Of a stretch of DNA of 64,000 bases, positions 55,149 through 62,999 are shown one piece after another. The first letter of the stretch is position 1. Each line of letters begins with the position of its first letter. This DNA is from Bacteroidales bacterium (GTDB lineage: Bacteria > Bacteroidota > Bacteroidia > Bacteroidales > UBA932), in contig JAPXOZ010000004.1 in the NCBI GenBank assembly GCA_033811195.1, positions 36,625 to 100,624 of the forward strand, read 5' to 3'. Under the pieces are notes generated by a model. That model did no database searches. It was not told the origin of the DNA and was given only the letters and a program-made list of their open reading frames with translations. Made by a program: the position numbers and the translations under genes.

Positions 55149-56213
55149 ATGAAGATTCTTTGTCTCAATCCGGGATCTACTTCTACGAAGATTGCTGTTT
55201 TTGAAGATGGAAAACAAGTCTTTATAACCAATATCAAGCACTCTGCGGAAGCGATTGCAAAGTACAAATCGGTTATAGACCAGTATAAGTTTAGAGAGGA
55301 GATTATTCTCAAGACTCTTGCCGACAACGGCTTTGATAAATCGGAGTTCAGTGCCGTTGTGGGTCGAGGAGGCCTTCTCAAACCTATCCCTTCCGGCACA
55401 TACGAAGTGAATGAGGCACTGTTGGCCGATCTTCGTGGCTCAGTTGGCGGTGAGCATGCTTCCAATCTTGGCGGTATCCTTTCTGATTCGATTGCATCTG
55501 AGATCCCAGGCTGTCGCGCATTCATTTCCGACCCTGTAGTTGTGGACGAGCTTAGTGACCTGGCCAGGGTAGCCGGTCACCCTAAGTTCAAGCGTATCTC
55601 CATTTTTCACACTCTCAACCAGAAAGCTGTTGCCAAACATTATGCGAGCGAAATCGGAGTTTCTTATGACTCTCTCAATCTCATTGTTGCACATCTTGGT
55701 GGAGGCGTTTCAGTAGGAGCACACTATCAAGGAAAGGTAATTGATGTCAATAACGCTCTCAACGGAGAAGGACCTTTTTCACCCGAGCGCTCCGGTACTC
55801 TTCCTGCACAGCAGCTTGCAGATCTCTGCTTTTCCGGTAAATATACACCTGAAGAGGTCAATAAGATGATTTGCGGACAAGGCGGAGTAGTTGCCTATCT
55901 TGGTACGAATGATTTTTATGAGGTAGAACTCAAGATGGTAGATGATCCACATTTCAAGTTTATTGCCGATGCATTCCTTTACAATGTTGCCAAAGAGATA
56001 GGAGCAATGGCAGCTGTCCTTAAAGGCAAAGTGGATGCAATTTTGATTACAGGAGGTGTGGCAAAAGGCAAGGGAATGATGAAGGATTTGACAGAGTATA
56101 TAAAGTTTATCGCTCCCGTCAAAATATATCCCGGAGAGGATGAAATGGCCGCTCTGGCAATGAATGGCTTTGCCGTTCTGGAAGGTCGAGAAGAAGCGAA
56201 GGTTTATAGTTAG
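55149..56213 (+). CDS. buk: Butyrate kinase
   Basis: MKILCLNPGSTSTKIAVFE N-terminus; 354 aa; ASKHA-fold acyl kinase distinct from the AckA upstream. Confidence 0.85.
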   Translation: MKILCLNPGSTSTKIAVFEDGKQVFITNIKHSAEAIAKYKSVIDQYKFREEIILKTLADNGFDKSEFSAVVGRGGLLKPIPSGTYEVNEALLADLRGSVGGEHASNLGGILSDSIASEIPGCRAFISDPVVVDELSDLARVAGHPKFKRISIFHTLNQKAVAKHYASEIGVSYDSLNLIVAHLGGGVSVGAHYQGKVIDVNNALNGEGPFSPERSGTLPAQQLADLCFSGKYTPEEVNKMICGQGGVVAYLGTNDFYEVELKMVDDPHFKFIADAFLYNVAKEIGAMAAVLKGKVDAILITGGVAKGKGMMKDLTEYIKFIAPVKIYPGEDEMAALAMNGFAVLEGREEAKVYS

Positions 56214-56400
56214 GAGTTTAAAGTTCTGAGTTTAGAGTAATTTTGGAGTTTGGAGTTGTGTGGGGTAGGGTTGGTTTCGAGTTCTGAGTGGTGCAAGTTA
56301 CGGGTTACGAGGTGCGGGTTGGTTTCGAGTTACGTGGTGTTTGTCGTGAACTTGAGTTAGGGTTAAGCTCAGAACTGGCTTAAAGTTAAAAGTAGGCCAT
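56214..56400. repeat. Diverged GAGT-polarity heptad arm (left arm of the 56.2-56.8 kb repeat locus)
   Basis: GAGTTTA AAGTTCT GAGTTTA GAGTAAT ... read directly. 16-nt direct repeat GGGTTGGTTTCGAGTT at 56268-56283 and 56316-56331. GAGTTCTGAGTG (56279-56290) is the exact complement of the junction sequence of the downstream 14-mer array. Confidence 0.85.
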
Positions 56401-56417
56401 TTTTGGCTCTCTAAATG

Positions 56418-56458
56418 AAAAAAGGAGGATGATTTCAAAATCGTCCCCCTTCCTTTTT
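56418..56458. terminator. Possible bidirectional terminator hairpin (A-tract / imperfect stem / T-tract)
   Basis: AAAAAGGA (56419-56426) pairs perfectly with TCCTTTTT (56451-56458). The inner GGAGGATGA / TCGTCCCCC pairing is partial. Lies between the two repeat arms. Confidence 0.3.
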
Positions 56459-56487
56459 CTCTCAAAATTCCTCATTGCACCCTACCC

Positions 56488-56753
56488 ACTCCACACTCAG
56501 AACTCCACACTCAGAACTCCACACTCAGAACTCCACACTCAGAACTCCACACTCAGAACTCCACACTCAGAACTCCACACTCAGAACTCCACACTCAGAA
56601 CTCCACACTCAGAACTCCGCACTCAGAACTCCGCACTCAGAACTCCACACTCAGAACTCCACACTCAGAACTCCGCACTCAGAACTCCACACTCAGAACT
56701 CCACACTCAGAACTCCGCACTCAGAACTCCACACTCAGAACTCCACACTCAGA
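56488..56753. repeat. 19 tandem copies of the 14-mer ACTCCACACTCAGA (two heptads per unit)
   Basis: Counted unit by unit: 266 nt = 19 x 14. Fifteen copies are identical. Units 10, 11, 14 and 17 carry ACTCCGCACTCAGA. Confidence 0.97.
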
Positions 56754-56763
56754 ACTATTTTTT

Positions 56764-57780
56764 CTATCTTTTAATCAAGGTAGCTGCAATCTGATGTGCC
56801 ATCATAAGGAAGTCATCGGCAATAGCGGAATCAAATGTGATTACAACATTGAGTTGGATGTCGTCAACAATGATGGCTTTCTTGTAGATATAGCTATCAT
56901 CCTTGTGGCCGATGATGTAAAATTCATTTTCAGAGATGGTCGTATCGTCAAGGATATAGCCTATCTCTTTGAATCCTTCACATTTTTCCTCAAAATGCTC
57001 CTGTATGGTCTGATTGAACATCACAGTGCTGTTATAGCCGCCATAAGCATAGAATCTGGCAAGACCATTGTCCGAAATAAATAACTGTCCATCTCCATTT
57101 TCAGGCTCCCCTTGTCCGGTGAAATTGAAAGGATACCTGATGGTGAACCCGAAACGTTCATTGTAATAACATCTGTCCATAACCAGGTCAAGTTGGTCAA
57201 ATCCACCAAATCCGTCCCATTCAAGATGGCCGACTTTCTGATACTCTTCGCCTCTTACATAGACAGTGATGTCTTTGCCTTTCTGGGGCAATTCTATATA
57301 GTAGCGGGTAGCATCCGGTATGGAGGCTGCAAGTGCAGGAAGCGGTTTTAGAGTCTGCTCTTCAATGCGGTGTTCGTAAAACATCTTTAGTGCTTTCTCA
57401 TTTTCTCTAAGGACAACGCCCACTATCCGCCTGCCATCCGGCACTTTCCAGTAGCACATCTGGAGATTACCCTCCTGCTCACCGGAAATGCCCGCACGCA
57501 TATAGCCATTGCGTTTATCCATTAAAACATAGCCATTAGGGTCACTGGTGATATCTATTTCGTGGTAGACATTATATGCCACTTGCAATACATCGTTTGA
57601 AAATGCTTTGGAAATGACGTTAAAGTAGTACTCAATATCCGGAATGGACTGGTCGGGAAGGGTGATGACTTTCTCCTGCCAGATATTCTCAATCTGGGGG
57701 ACATTCATCCTGCCGGCAAAAACTGATCCTGAAATCAACAGCGCCGACAGTGTGTTGACTAGGATTATCAGTCGTTTCAT
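56764..57780 (-). CDS. Secreted hypothetical protein
   Basis: 338-aa ORF with a clear signal peptide (MKRLIILVNTLSALLISGSVFA). I see no recognisable motif. Confidence 0.55.
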   Translation of the reverse strand: MKRLIILVNTLSALLISGSVFAGRMNVPQIENIWQEKVITLPDQSIPDIEYYFNVISKAFSNDVLQVAYNVYHEIDITSDPNGYVLMDKRNGYMRAGISGEQEGNLQMCYWKVPDGRRIVGVVLRENEKALKMFYEHRIEEQTLKPLPALAASIPDATRYYIELPQKGKDITVYVRGEEYQKVGHLEWDGFGGFDQLDLVMDRCYYNERFGFTIRYPFNFTGQGEPENGDGQLFISDNGLARFYAYGGYNSTVMFNQTIQEHFEEKCEGFKEIGYILDDTTISENEFYIIGHKDDSYIYKKAIIVDDIQLNVVITFDSAIADDFLMMAHQIAATLIKR

Positions 57781-57914
57781 TGTATATGTGGTATTGGTTG
57801 TTAGTATTTATCACCAGCAATTGTTAGGAACAATATCAGTACTATCCGTTTCGCCGTCTTAGGGATCTACTCTAGATTCTCAAATATACAAAATATTTTT
57901 CAAATCTTAATGCT

Positions 57915-57922
57915 TATCTTTG
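57915..57922 (+). promoter_or_regulatory. Candidate -7 promoter box TATCTTTG for the MATE gene
   Basis: TAnnTTTG ending 2 nt before the first ATG (57924). This argues that translation starts at the next ATG (57951). Confidence 0.35.
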
Positions 57923-57950
57923 CATGGAAAAAACAATTTTTTATGTTTTT

Positions 57951-59357
57951 ATGGCAGAGAAGATACCTGTAGAGCTTGGAACGGAAAAGATTGGCACATT
58001 GTTGAGGCAATATGCAGTACCGGCAATTATAGCGATGACCGCTTCCTCGCTTTACAATATGGTGGATAGCATATTTATAGGCCAGGGAGTGGGACCTCTC
58101 GCCATTTCCGGTCTGGCAGTAACGTTTCCCCTTATGAACCTATCAGCGGCCTTTGGAACACTGGTAGGTGTCGGAGGTGCTACTCTCGTATCGGTGCTGC
58201 TGGGACAGCGCAACTATGACATGGCGAAGAAGGTGCTTGCAAATGTCTTTATCCTCAATGTTGTCATCGGAGTGCTCTTTACCATCTTCTCGCTCTCATT
58301 CCTCGACCCGATTCTTAGATTTTTCGGTGCGAGCGACGATACCCTCCCTTATGCCAGGGAGTATATGACTGTGATATTGTCAGGTAATATTATCACCCAT
58401 CTCTATTTCGGACTAAATGCCATACTCAGGGCGTCGGGGTTTCCCAAGAAAGCGATGACGGCCACCATTTTAACCGTTGTGCTAAATACCATACTTGATC
58501 CGATTTTCATCTTCCTCTTTGATATGGGAATTCAGGGTGCGGCAATTGCCACGGTCATTTCTCAGGCTGTATCGCTGGTATGGGTTTTCCGAATGCTCTC
58601 CGATAGAAGGAAACTGCTCCATTTTTCCAAGGATAAATTCTCTCTTGACTGGAAGATTGCTCTCCGTTCGCTTTCGATTGGCATGGCACCTTTCCTAATG
58701 AATATTACCTCTTCCCTAGTGGTGATATTGATAAATAATCAGCTTAGAAGACATGGTGGCGATATGGCAATTGGCGCTTACGGAATAATCAACAGAATTG
58801 TATATCTTTTCATCATGATAGTTATGGGATTTACGCAGGGTATGCAGCCCATAGCCGGATATAATTATGGAGCTAAACTCTATTCAAGAGTGACTGAGGT
58901 CTTTCGTCTTACGGTCTTTTGGGCAACACTTATAACTACCCTCTGTTTTTTGGTGGGAATGTTTTTTCCTGGTGTTGCGGTATCGCTTTTTACCAGAGAT
59001 CCTGAACTCAAGGCGATTGCTATGCGTGGTTTGAGAATTGATGTCTGCCTTTTCCCGATCGTTGGATTTCAAATGGTGACTTCCAACTTTTTCCAGAGTC
59101 TCGGACTTGCCAAGAGGGCGATTTTCCTCTCCCTTTCACGTCAGCTGCTCTTTTTGATTCCCTGCCTTGCAATACTCCCGAGCTTTTTCGGAGTTGACGG
59201 AGTATGGATGAGCATGCCGGTATCAGATGCAATAGCAACAGTCGTAGCAGCTCTGATGCTGAGCTCTTTAATCCGCAAATTCAGGGCAGAAACCACCATG
59301 CAAAATACCTTGGAAGACAACGCCAATAGCCAACAATCAATAATAAGCAGCAATTAG
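57951..59357 (+). CDS. MATE-family efflux transporter
   Basis: 12-TM protein with the MATE N-terminal pattern LLRQYAVPAIIAMTASSLYNMVDSIFIGQGVG. Start chosen at 57951 for the promoter reason given above. Confidence 0.8.
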   Translation: MAEKIPVELGTEKIGTLLRQYAVPAIIAMTASSLYNMVDSIFIGQGVGPLAISGLAVTFPLMNLSAAFGTLVGVGGATLVSVLLGQRNYDMAKKVLANVFILNVVIGVLFTIFSLSFLDPILRFFGASDDTLPYAREYMTVILSGNIITHLYFGLNAILRASGFPKKAMTATILTVVLNTILDPIFIFLFDMGIQGAAIATVISQAVSLVWVFRMLSDRRKLLHFSKDKFSLDWKIALRSLSIGMAPFLMNITSSLVVILINNQLRRHGGDMAIGAYGIINRIVYLFIMIVMGFTQGMQPIAGYNYGAKLYSRVTEVFRLTVFWATLITTLCFLVGMFFPGVAVSLFTRDPELKAIAMRGLRIDVCLFPIVGFQMVTSNFFQSLGLAKRAIFLSLSRQLLFLIPCLAILPSFFGVDGVWMSMPVSDAIATVVAALMLSSLIRKFRAETTMQNTLEDNANSQQSIISSN

Positions 59358-59450
59358 CAGGTAAGATAATTGATTGACAAAGATAAATGTATGAATAAAT
59401 AATTATAGACAAAAAGAATTATTATTTGGGTGTAAAATCAACATTTAGAT

Positions 59451-59527
59451 CCATAACCCATAACTAGCACCCTAACCCCAAACTAGTAACTTTTAACTCA
59501 ATACTACACACTACATACTCATAACTC
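59451..59527. repeat. Eleven degenerate ACTC-polarity heptads immediately upstream of a start codon
   Basis: CCATAAC CCATAAC TAGCACC CTAACCC CAAACTA GTAACTT TTAACTC AATACTA CACACTA CATACTC ATAACTC, ending 3 nt before the ATG at 59531. The last units are the same type as in array 308-880. Confidence 0.7.
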
Positions 59528-59530
59528 AAA

Positions 59531-60157
59531 ATGGAACATTTTGTAATAACCATAGGACGCCAGATTGGCAGCGGAGGACTTGACACAGCCTCCATGCTTT
59601 CCGAACAGCTCGGCGTACCGATGTATGACAAGAATCTCCTGATGGAGGTTTCCAAACAGAGCGGACTTGCCTGCGAATTCTTTGAAAAACGGGATGAAAA
59701 GGCGGCTAAAAGACCGTTGGGTCGTTTTTTTGGACTTAGATCCACAATGCAGGGCAATGACGGATTTCCTGCGTTCAATGCCATCTCAGATGAACAACTC
59801 TTTAATATCCAGAGTGAGGTGATGCGGAATATTGTAGAAAAAGAATCCTGCATAATAGTGGGTAGATGCGCAGACTATGTCCTTCGAGACCATCCACGTT
59901 GCCTTAGTATATTTATCAGCGCCTCAATGGAGGATAGGGTTGCCAGAATTGTTGCAGGACAGGGTATATCCGAATCCGAAGCTCGCCGCATTATAGAACA
60001 CGGAGATCGTAAACGCGCCGATTATTACAACTATTACACCTTTAAACAATGGGGAGATTGCTCAAGTTATCACCTCTGCCTTAATTCCTCCAAACTGGGT
60101 AGTATAGAAAATGTGGTGAAGGTTATACGCAATTACATGGAAGTAATAAATTTTTGA
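59531..60157 (+). CDS. Cytidylate-kinase-like family protein
   Basis: 208 aa with N-terminus MEHFVITIGRQIGSGG (degenerate P-loop), characteristic of the cytidylate kinase-like family rather than true Cmk. Confidence 0.65.
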   Translation: MEHFVITIGRQIGSGGLDTASMLSEQLGVPMYDKNLLMEVSKQSGLACEFFEKRDEKAAKRPLGRFFGLRSTMQGNDGFPAFNAISDEQLFNIQSEVMRNIVEKESCIIVGRCADYVLRDHPRCLSIFISASMEDRVARIVAGQGISESEARRIIEHGDRKRADYYNYYTFKQWGDCSSYHLCLNSSKLGSIENVVKVIRNYMEVINF

Positions 60158-60163
60158 TATATC

Positions 60164-61840
60164 ATGGCTGACGAAAAAATTATCTTTTCGATGAACGGGG
60201 TGAGCAAGATTCTCCCTCACAACAATAAAGTAATCATCAAGGACATTTATCTCTCATTTTTCTATGGCGCTAAAATCGGCATCATAGGTCTTAACGGCTC
60301 AGGTAAATCCACAGTATTGAAAATCATTGCGGGTGTAGAGATCCCTACCCAAGGCGAAGTGGTATTTGCTCCGGGGTATAGTGTGGGCTATTTGGAGCAA
60401 GAGCCACAGCTCGATGACTCCAAAACGGTGATTGACGTGGTGAGAGAGGGTGTCCAAGAGGTAATGGATTTACTTAAAGAGTACGAAGAGGTTAATCTCA
60501 AATTTATGGAGCCGATGGATGATGATGAGATGAACGCTCTAATTGAGCGTCAGGGCGAGCTTACCGATAGAATTGAACAGGTGAGTGGCTGGGATATCGA
60601 CTCCAGATTGGAAAGAGCGATGGATGCACTTCAATGCCCTGAGCCGGATGCTTCTATAGCCACTCTCAGTGGTGGAGAGAGACGTAGAGTGGCACTTTGC
60701 CGTCTGCTGCTTCAGGAACCTGATGTGTTACTTCTGGACGAGCCGACCAACCACCTCGACACCGAGAGTATTCAGTGGCTTGAAGCGCACCTCAAACAGT
60801 ATAAGGGTACTGTTATCGCAGTAACGCACGACAGATATTTTCTGGATAATGTAGCAGGATGGATACTCGAACTCGACAGGGGAGAGGGTATCCCCTGGAA
60901 GGGTAATTACTCCTCATGGCTCGAACAGAAGAGTATTCGCCTGGCGATGGAGGAGAAGCAGGAGAGTAAACGTCGCAAGACTCTCGAACGTGAGCTCGAA
61001 TGGGTCAGGATGGCCCCAAAAGCGCGTCACGCCAAGTCTAAAGCACGTTTGGGTGCATACGAAAAGCTCCTAAGTGAAGATGGACGCCAGAAGGAAGAGA
61101 GGCTCGAGATCTTTATTCCCAATGGTCCTCGTCTGGGTAATAAGGTGATCGAATTTCAGGGGGTAAGTAAGGCATACGGAGACAAGATACTATTTGAGGA
61201 TCTAAGCTTTAAGCTACCTCCGGCAGGTATAGTAGGAATTATTGGCCCCAACGGCTCAGGTAAAACCACACTTTTCAGGCTGATAATGGGCTATGAGCAG
61301 CCGGATTCGGGCACATTCGAGATAGGGGAGAGCGTCAAGATAGCTTATGTAGATCAGCAACACAAGCAGATAGATCCCAACCTAACCGTCTATGAGACCA
61401 TTACGCAGAATTCCGAGTATGTGAGACTTGGCAATCGTGATGTCAATGCACGTGCCTATGTATCAAGGTTTAATTTTAGCGGAGCTGACCAGGAGAAACT
61501 ATGCGGGGTACTTTCGGGAGGTGAGCGCAACCGTCTGCACCTTGCACTGACCCTAAAGGAGAATGCCAACGTATTGTTGCTCGACGAGCCTACCAACGAT
61601 GTGGATATCAATACCATTCGTGCTCTCGAGGAGGGTCTTGACAATTTTGCCGGTTGTGCTGTGGTAATCTCCCACGACAGATGGTTCCTCGACCGTATTG
61701 CAACTCATATTCTTGCTTTTGAGGGCGATTCGCAGGTCTATTTCTTCGAGGGAACCTATTCGGAGTATGAGGAGAATAAAAAGCGCCGTTTGGGCAATGT
61801 AGAGCCCAAACGTTTCAAGTATAAGAAATTGATAGGATAA
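60164..61840 (+). CDS. ettA: Energy-dependent translational throttle protein EttA (ABC-F ATPase)
   Basis: 558 aa with two ABC cassettes and no transmembrane domain: Walker A GLNGSGKST and GPNGSGKTT, signatures LSGGERRR and LSGGERNR. Confidence 0.9.
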   Translation: MADEKIIFSMNGVSKILPHNNKVIIKDIYLSFFYGAKIGIIGLNGSGKSTVLKIIAGVEIPTQGEVVFAPGYSVGYLEQEPQLDDSKTVIDVVREGVQEVMDLLKEYEEVNLKFMEPMDDDEMNALIERQGELTDRIEQVSGWDIDSRLERAMDALQCPEPDASIATLSGGERRRVALCRLLLQEPDVLLLDEPTNHLDTESIQWLEAHLKQYKGTVIAVTHDRYFLDNVAGWILELDRGEGIPWKGNYSSWLEQKSIRLAMEEKQESKRRKTLERELEWVRMAPKARHAKSKARLGAYEKLLSEDGRQKEERLEIFIPNGPRLGNKVIEFQGVSKAYGDKILFEDLSFKLPPAGIVGIIGPNGSGKTTLFRLIMGYEQPDSGTFEIGESVKIAYVDQQHKQIDPNLTVYETITQNSEYVRLGNRDVNARAYVSRFNFSGADQEKLCGVLSGGERNRLHLALTLKENANVLLLDEPTNDVDINTIRALEEGLDNFAGCAVVISHDRWFLDRIATHILAFEGDSQVYFFEGTYSEYEENKKRRLGNVEPKRFKYKKLIG

Positions 61841-61871
61841 AGACCTTTTCTGCCTGATTCAGGCGAGGTCT
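61841..61871. terminator. Possible shared hairpin between convergent ettA and asnA
   Basis: AGACCT (61841-61846) / AGGTCT (61866-61871) enclosing GCCTG-ATT-CAGGC (61852-61864). Overlaps the asnA stop codon. Confidence 0.3.
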
Positions 61872-62908
61872 ATACCGTGTTTGTAGCACTCCATCCGCAT
61901 TGCTTCCGGCCAGACACTGCTCTGGATTTCGCCTATATGGGCTTTTCTGAGCAGAAACATGCAGAGTCGCGATTGTCCAATGCCACCGCCTATGGTGAGG
62001 GGCAGTTCTCCTGAGAGTAGCTTGTGGTGGAAGTAAAGTTCCGACTTCCATTCTTCTTCACTTAGAGATAGCTGGTGACGAAGCGCTTCCTCATCTACCC
62101 TTATGCCCATAGATGATATCTCGAAGGCGCACTCCAACACAGGATTCCATAGCAACAGGTCTCCGTTGAGTCCCTGATATCCTTCAGAATTTTGGGTGCT
62201 CCAGTCATCGTAATCCGATGCCCTTGTGTCGTGTGGTTTCCCATCTGATAGTTTTCCTCCGATGCCAATGATAAAGACTGCCTTTTTTTCCTTACAGATC
62301 GCGTCTTCCCTCTTTTTCGGAGAAAACCAGGGATACCTTTGCAGCAATTCTTCCGAATGAATAAAGAAGATTTCCTCCGGTAGTATTGGATGAATTTGTG
62401 GAAAGTCCACATAGATCTTATTTTCGGTCACTTTTATCGCCTCATAAATACGGCGAACAATCTTTTTGAGGAATTCCAGATTTCTTTCGGAACTTTCTAT
62501 TACTCTTTCCCAGTCCCATTGATCCACGTAGATTGAGTGGATGTTGTCCAGTTCTTCGTCGGGGCGGATTGCATTCATATCGGTATAGATACCGCTTCCA
62601 ATGGGAGTTTTAAGGGTTGCCAGCTTTAGGCGTTTCCATTTTGCAAGAGAATGTACCACTTCGGCGAGGTTATCCTGCATATCTTTTATGGGAAAACTTA
62701 CCGGACGTTCTATTCCATTTAAGTCATCGTTGATTCCGGTTCCCTTCATCACCACCATTGGTGCTGTAACACGCAGCAGTGAGAGTTGAGCGGAAAGGTT
62801 GAGCTGAAACATATCTTTAACCACTTTGATGGCTTTTTCGGTCCTGACGACCGTACCGAGGATATTGCTGTAACCGGCGGGAATATAGAGTGACATAGTC
62901 TGTAGCAA
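61859..62908 (-). CDS. asnA: Aspartate--ammonia ligase
   Basis: 349 aa of the AsnA class II synthetase-like family (DQWDWERV and GGGIGQSRL blocks). The start may be the ATG at 62896 (MSLYIPAGY). Confidence 0.85.
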   Translation of the reverse strand: MLQTMSLYIPAGYSNILGTVVRTEKAIKVVKDMFQLNLSAQLSLLRVTAPMVVMKGTGINDDLNGIERPVSFPIKDMQDNLAEVVHSLAKWKRLKLATLKTPIGSGIYTDMNAIRPDEELDNIHSIYVDQWDWERVIESSERNLEFLKKIVRRIYEAIKVTENKIYVDFPQIHPILPEEIFFIHSEELLQRYPWFSPKKREDAICKEKKAVFIIGIGGKLSDGKPHDTRASDYDDWSTQNSEGYQGLNGDLLLWNPVLECAFEISSMGIRVDEEALRHQLSLSEEEWKSELYFHHKLLSGELPLTIGGGIGQSRLCMFLLRKAHIGEIQSSVWPEAMRMECYKHGIDLA

Positions 62909-62999
62909 GTCTTTTTAGGGTTCAAATCTATGCCAACTCTAACAATTATCCAAATATTTATATCTTTGCCATTTAAATGAACCCCCGTTTCTACAAAGT

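Noticed and set aside
56261-56275. G-quadruplex-like GGGG-TA-GGG-TT-GG in the left repeat arm
   Set aside because: There are only three G-runs, one of them just GG. That is not enough for a canonical four-run G4 motif.
56488-56753. Possible CRISPR array
   Set aside because: The units are contiguous 14-mers with no spacers, far shorter than CRISPR repeats, and no cas genes are present in the window.
56429-56794. ORFs 56429..56794 and 56475..56774 (TPHSELHTQNS repeats), the first preceded by AGGAGG
   Set aside because: Same artefact as above, here inside the 14-mer array. The AGGAGG abuts the ATG with no spacer, and Bacteroidota generally do not rely on Shine-Dalgarno pairing. The AGGAGG is better explained as part of the hairpin at 56418-56458.
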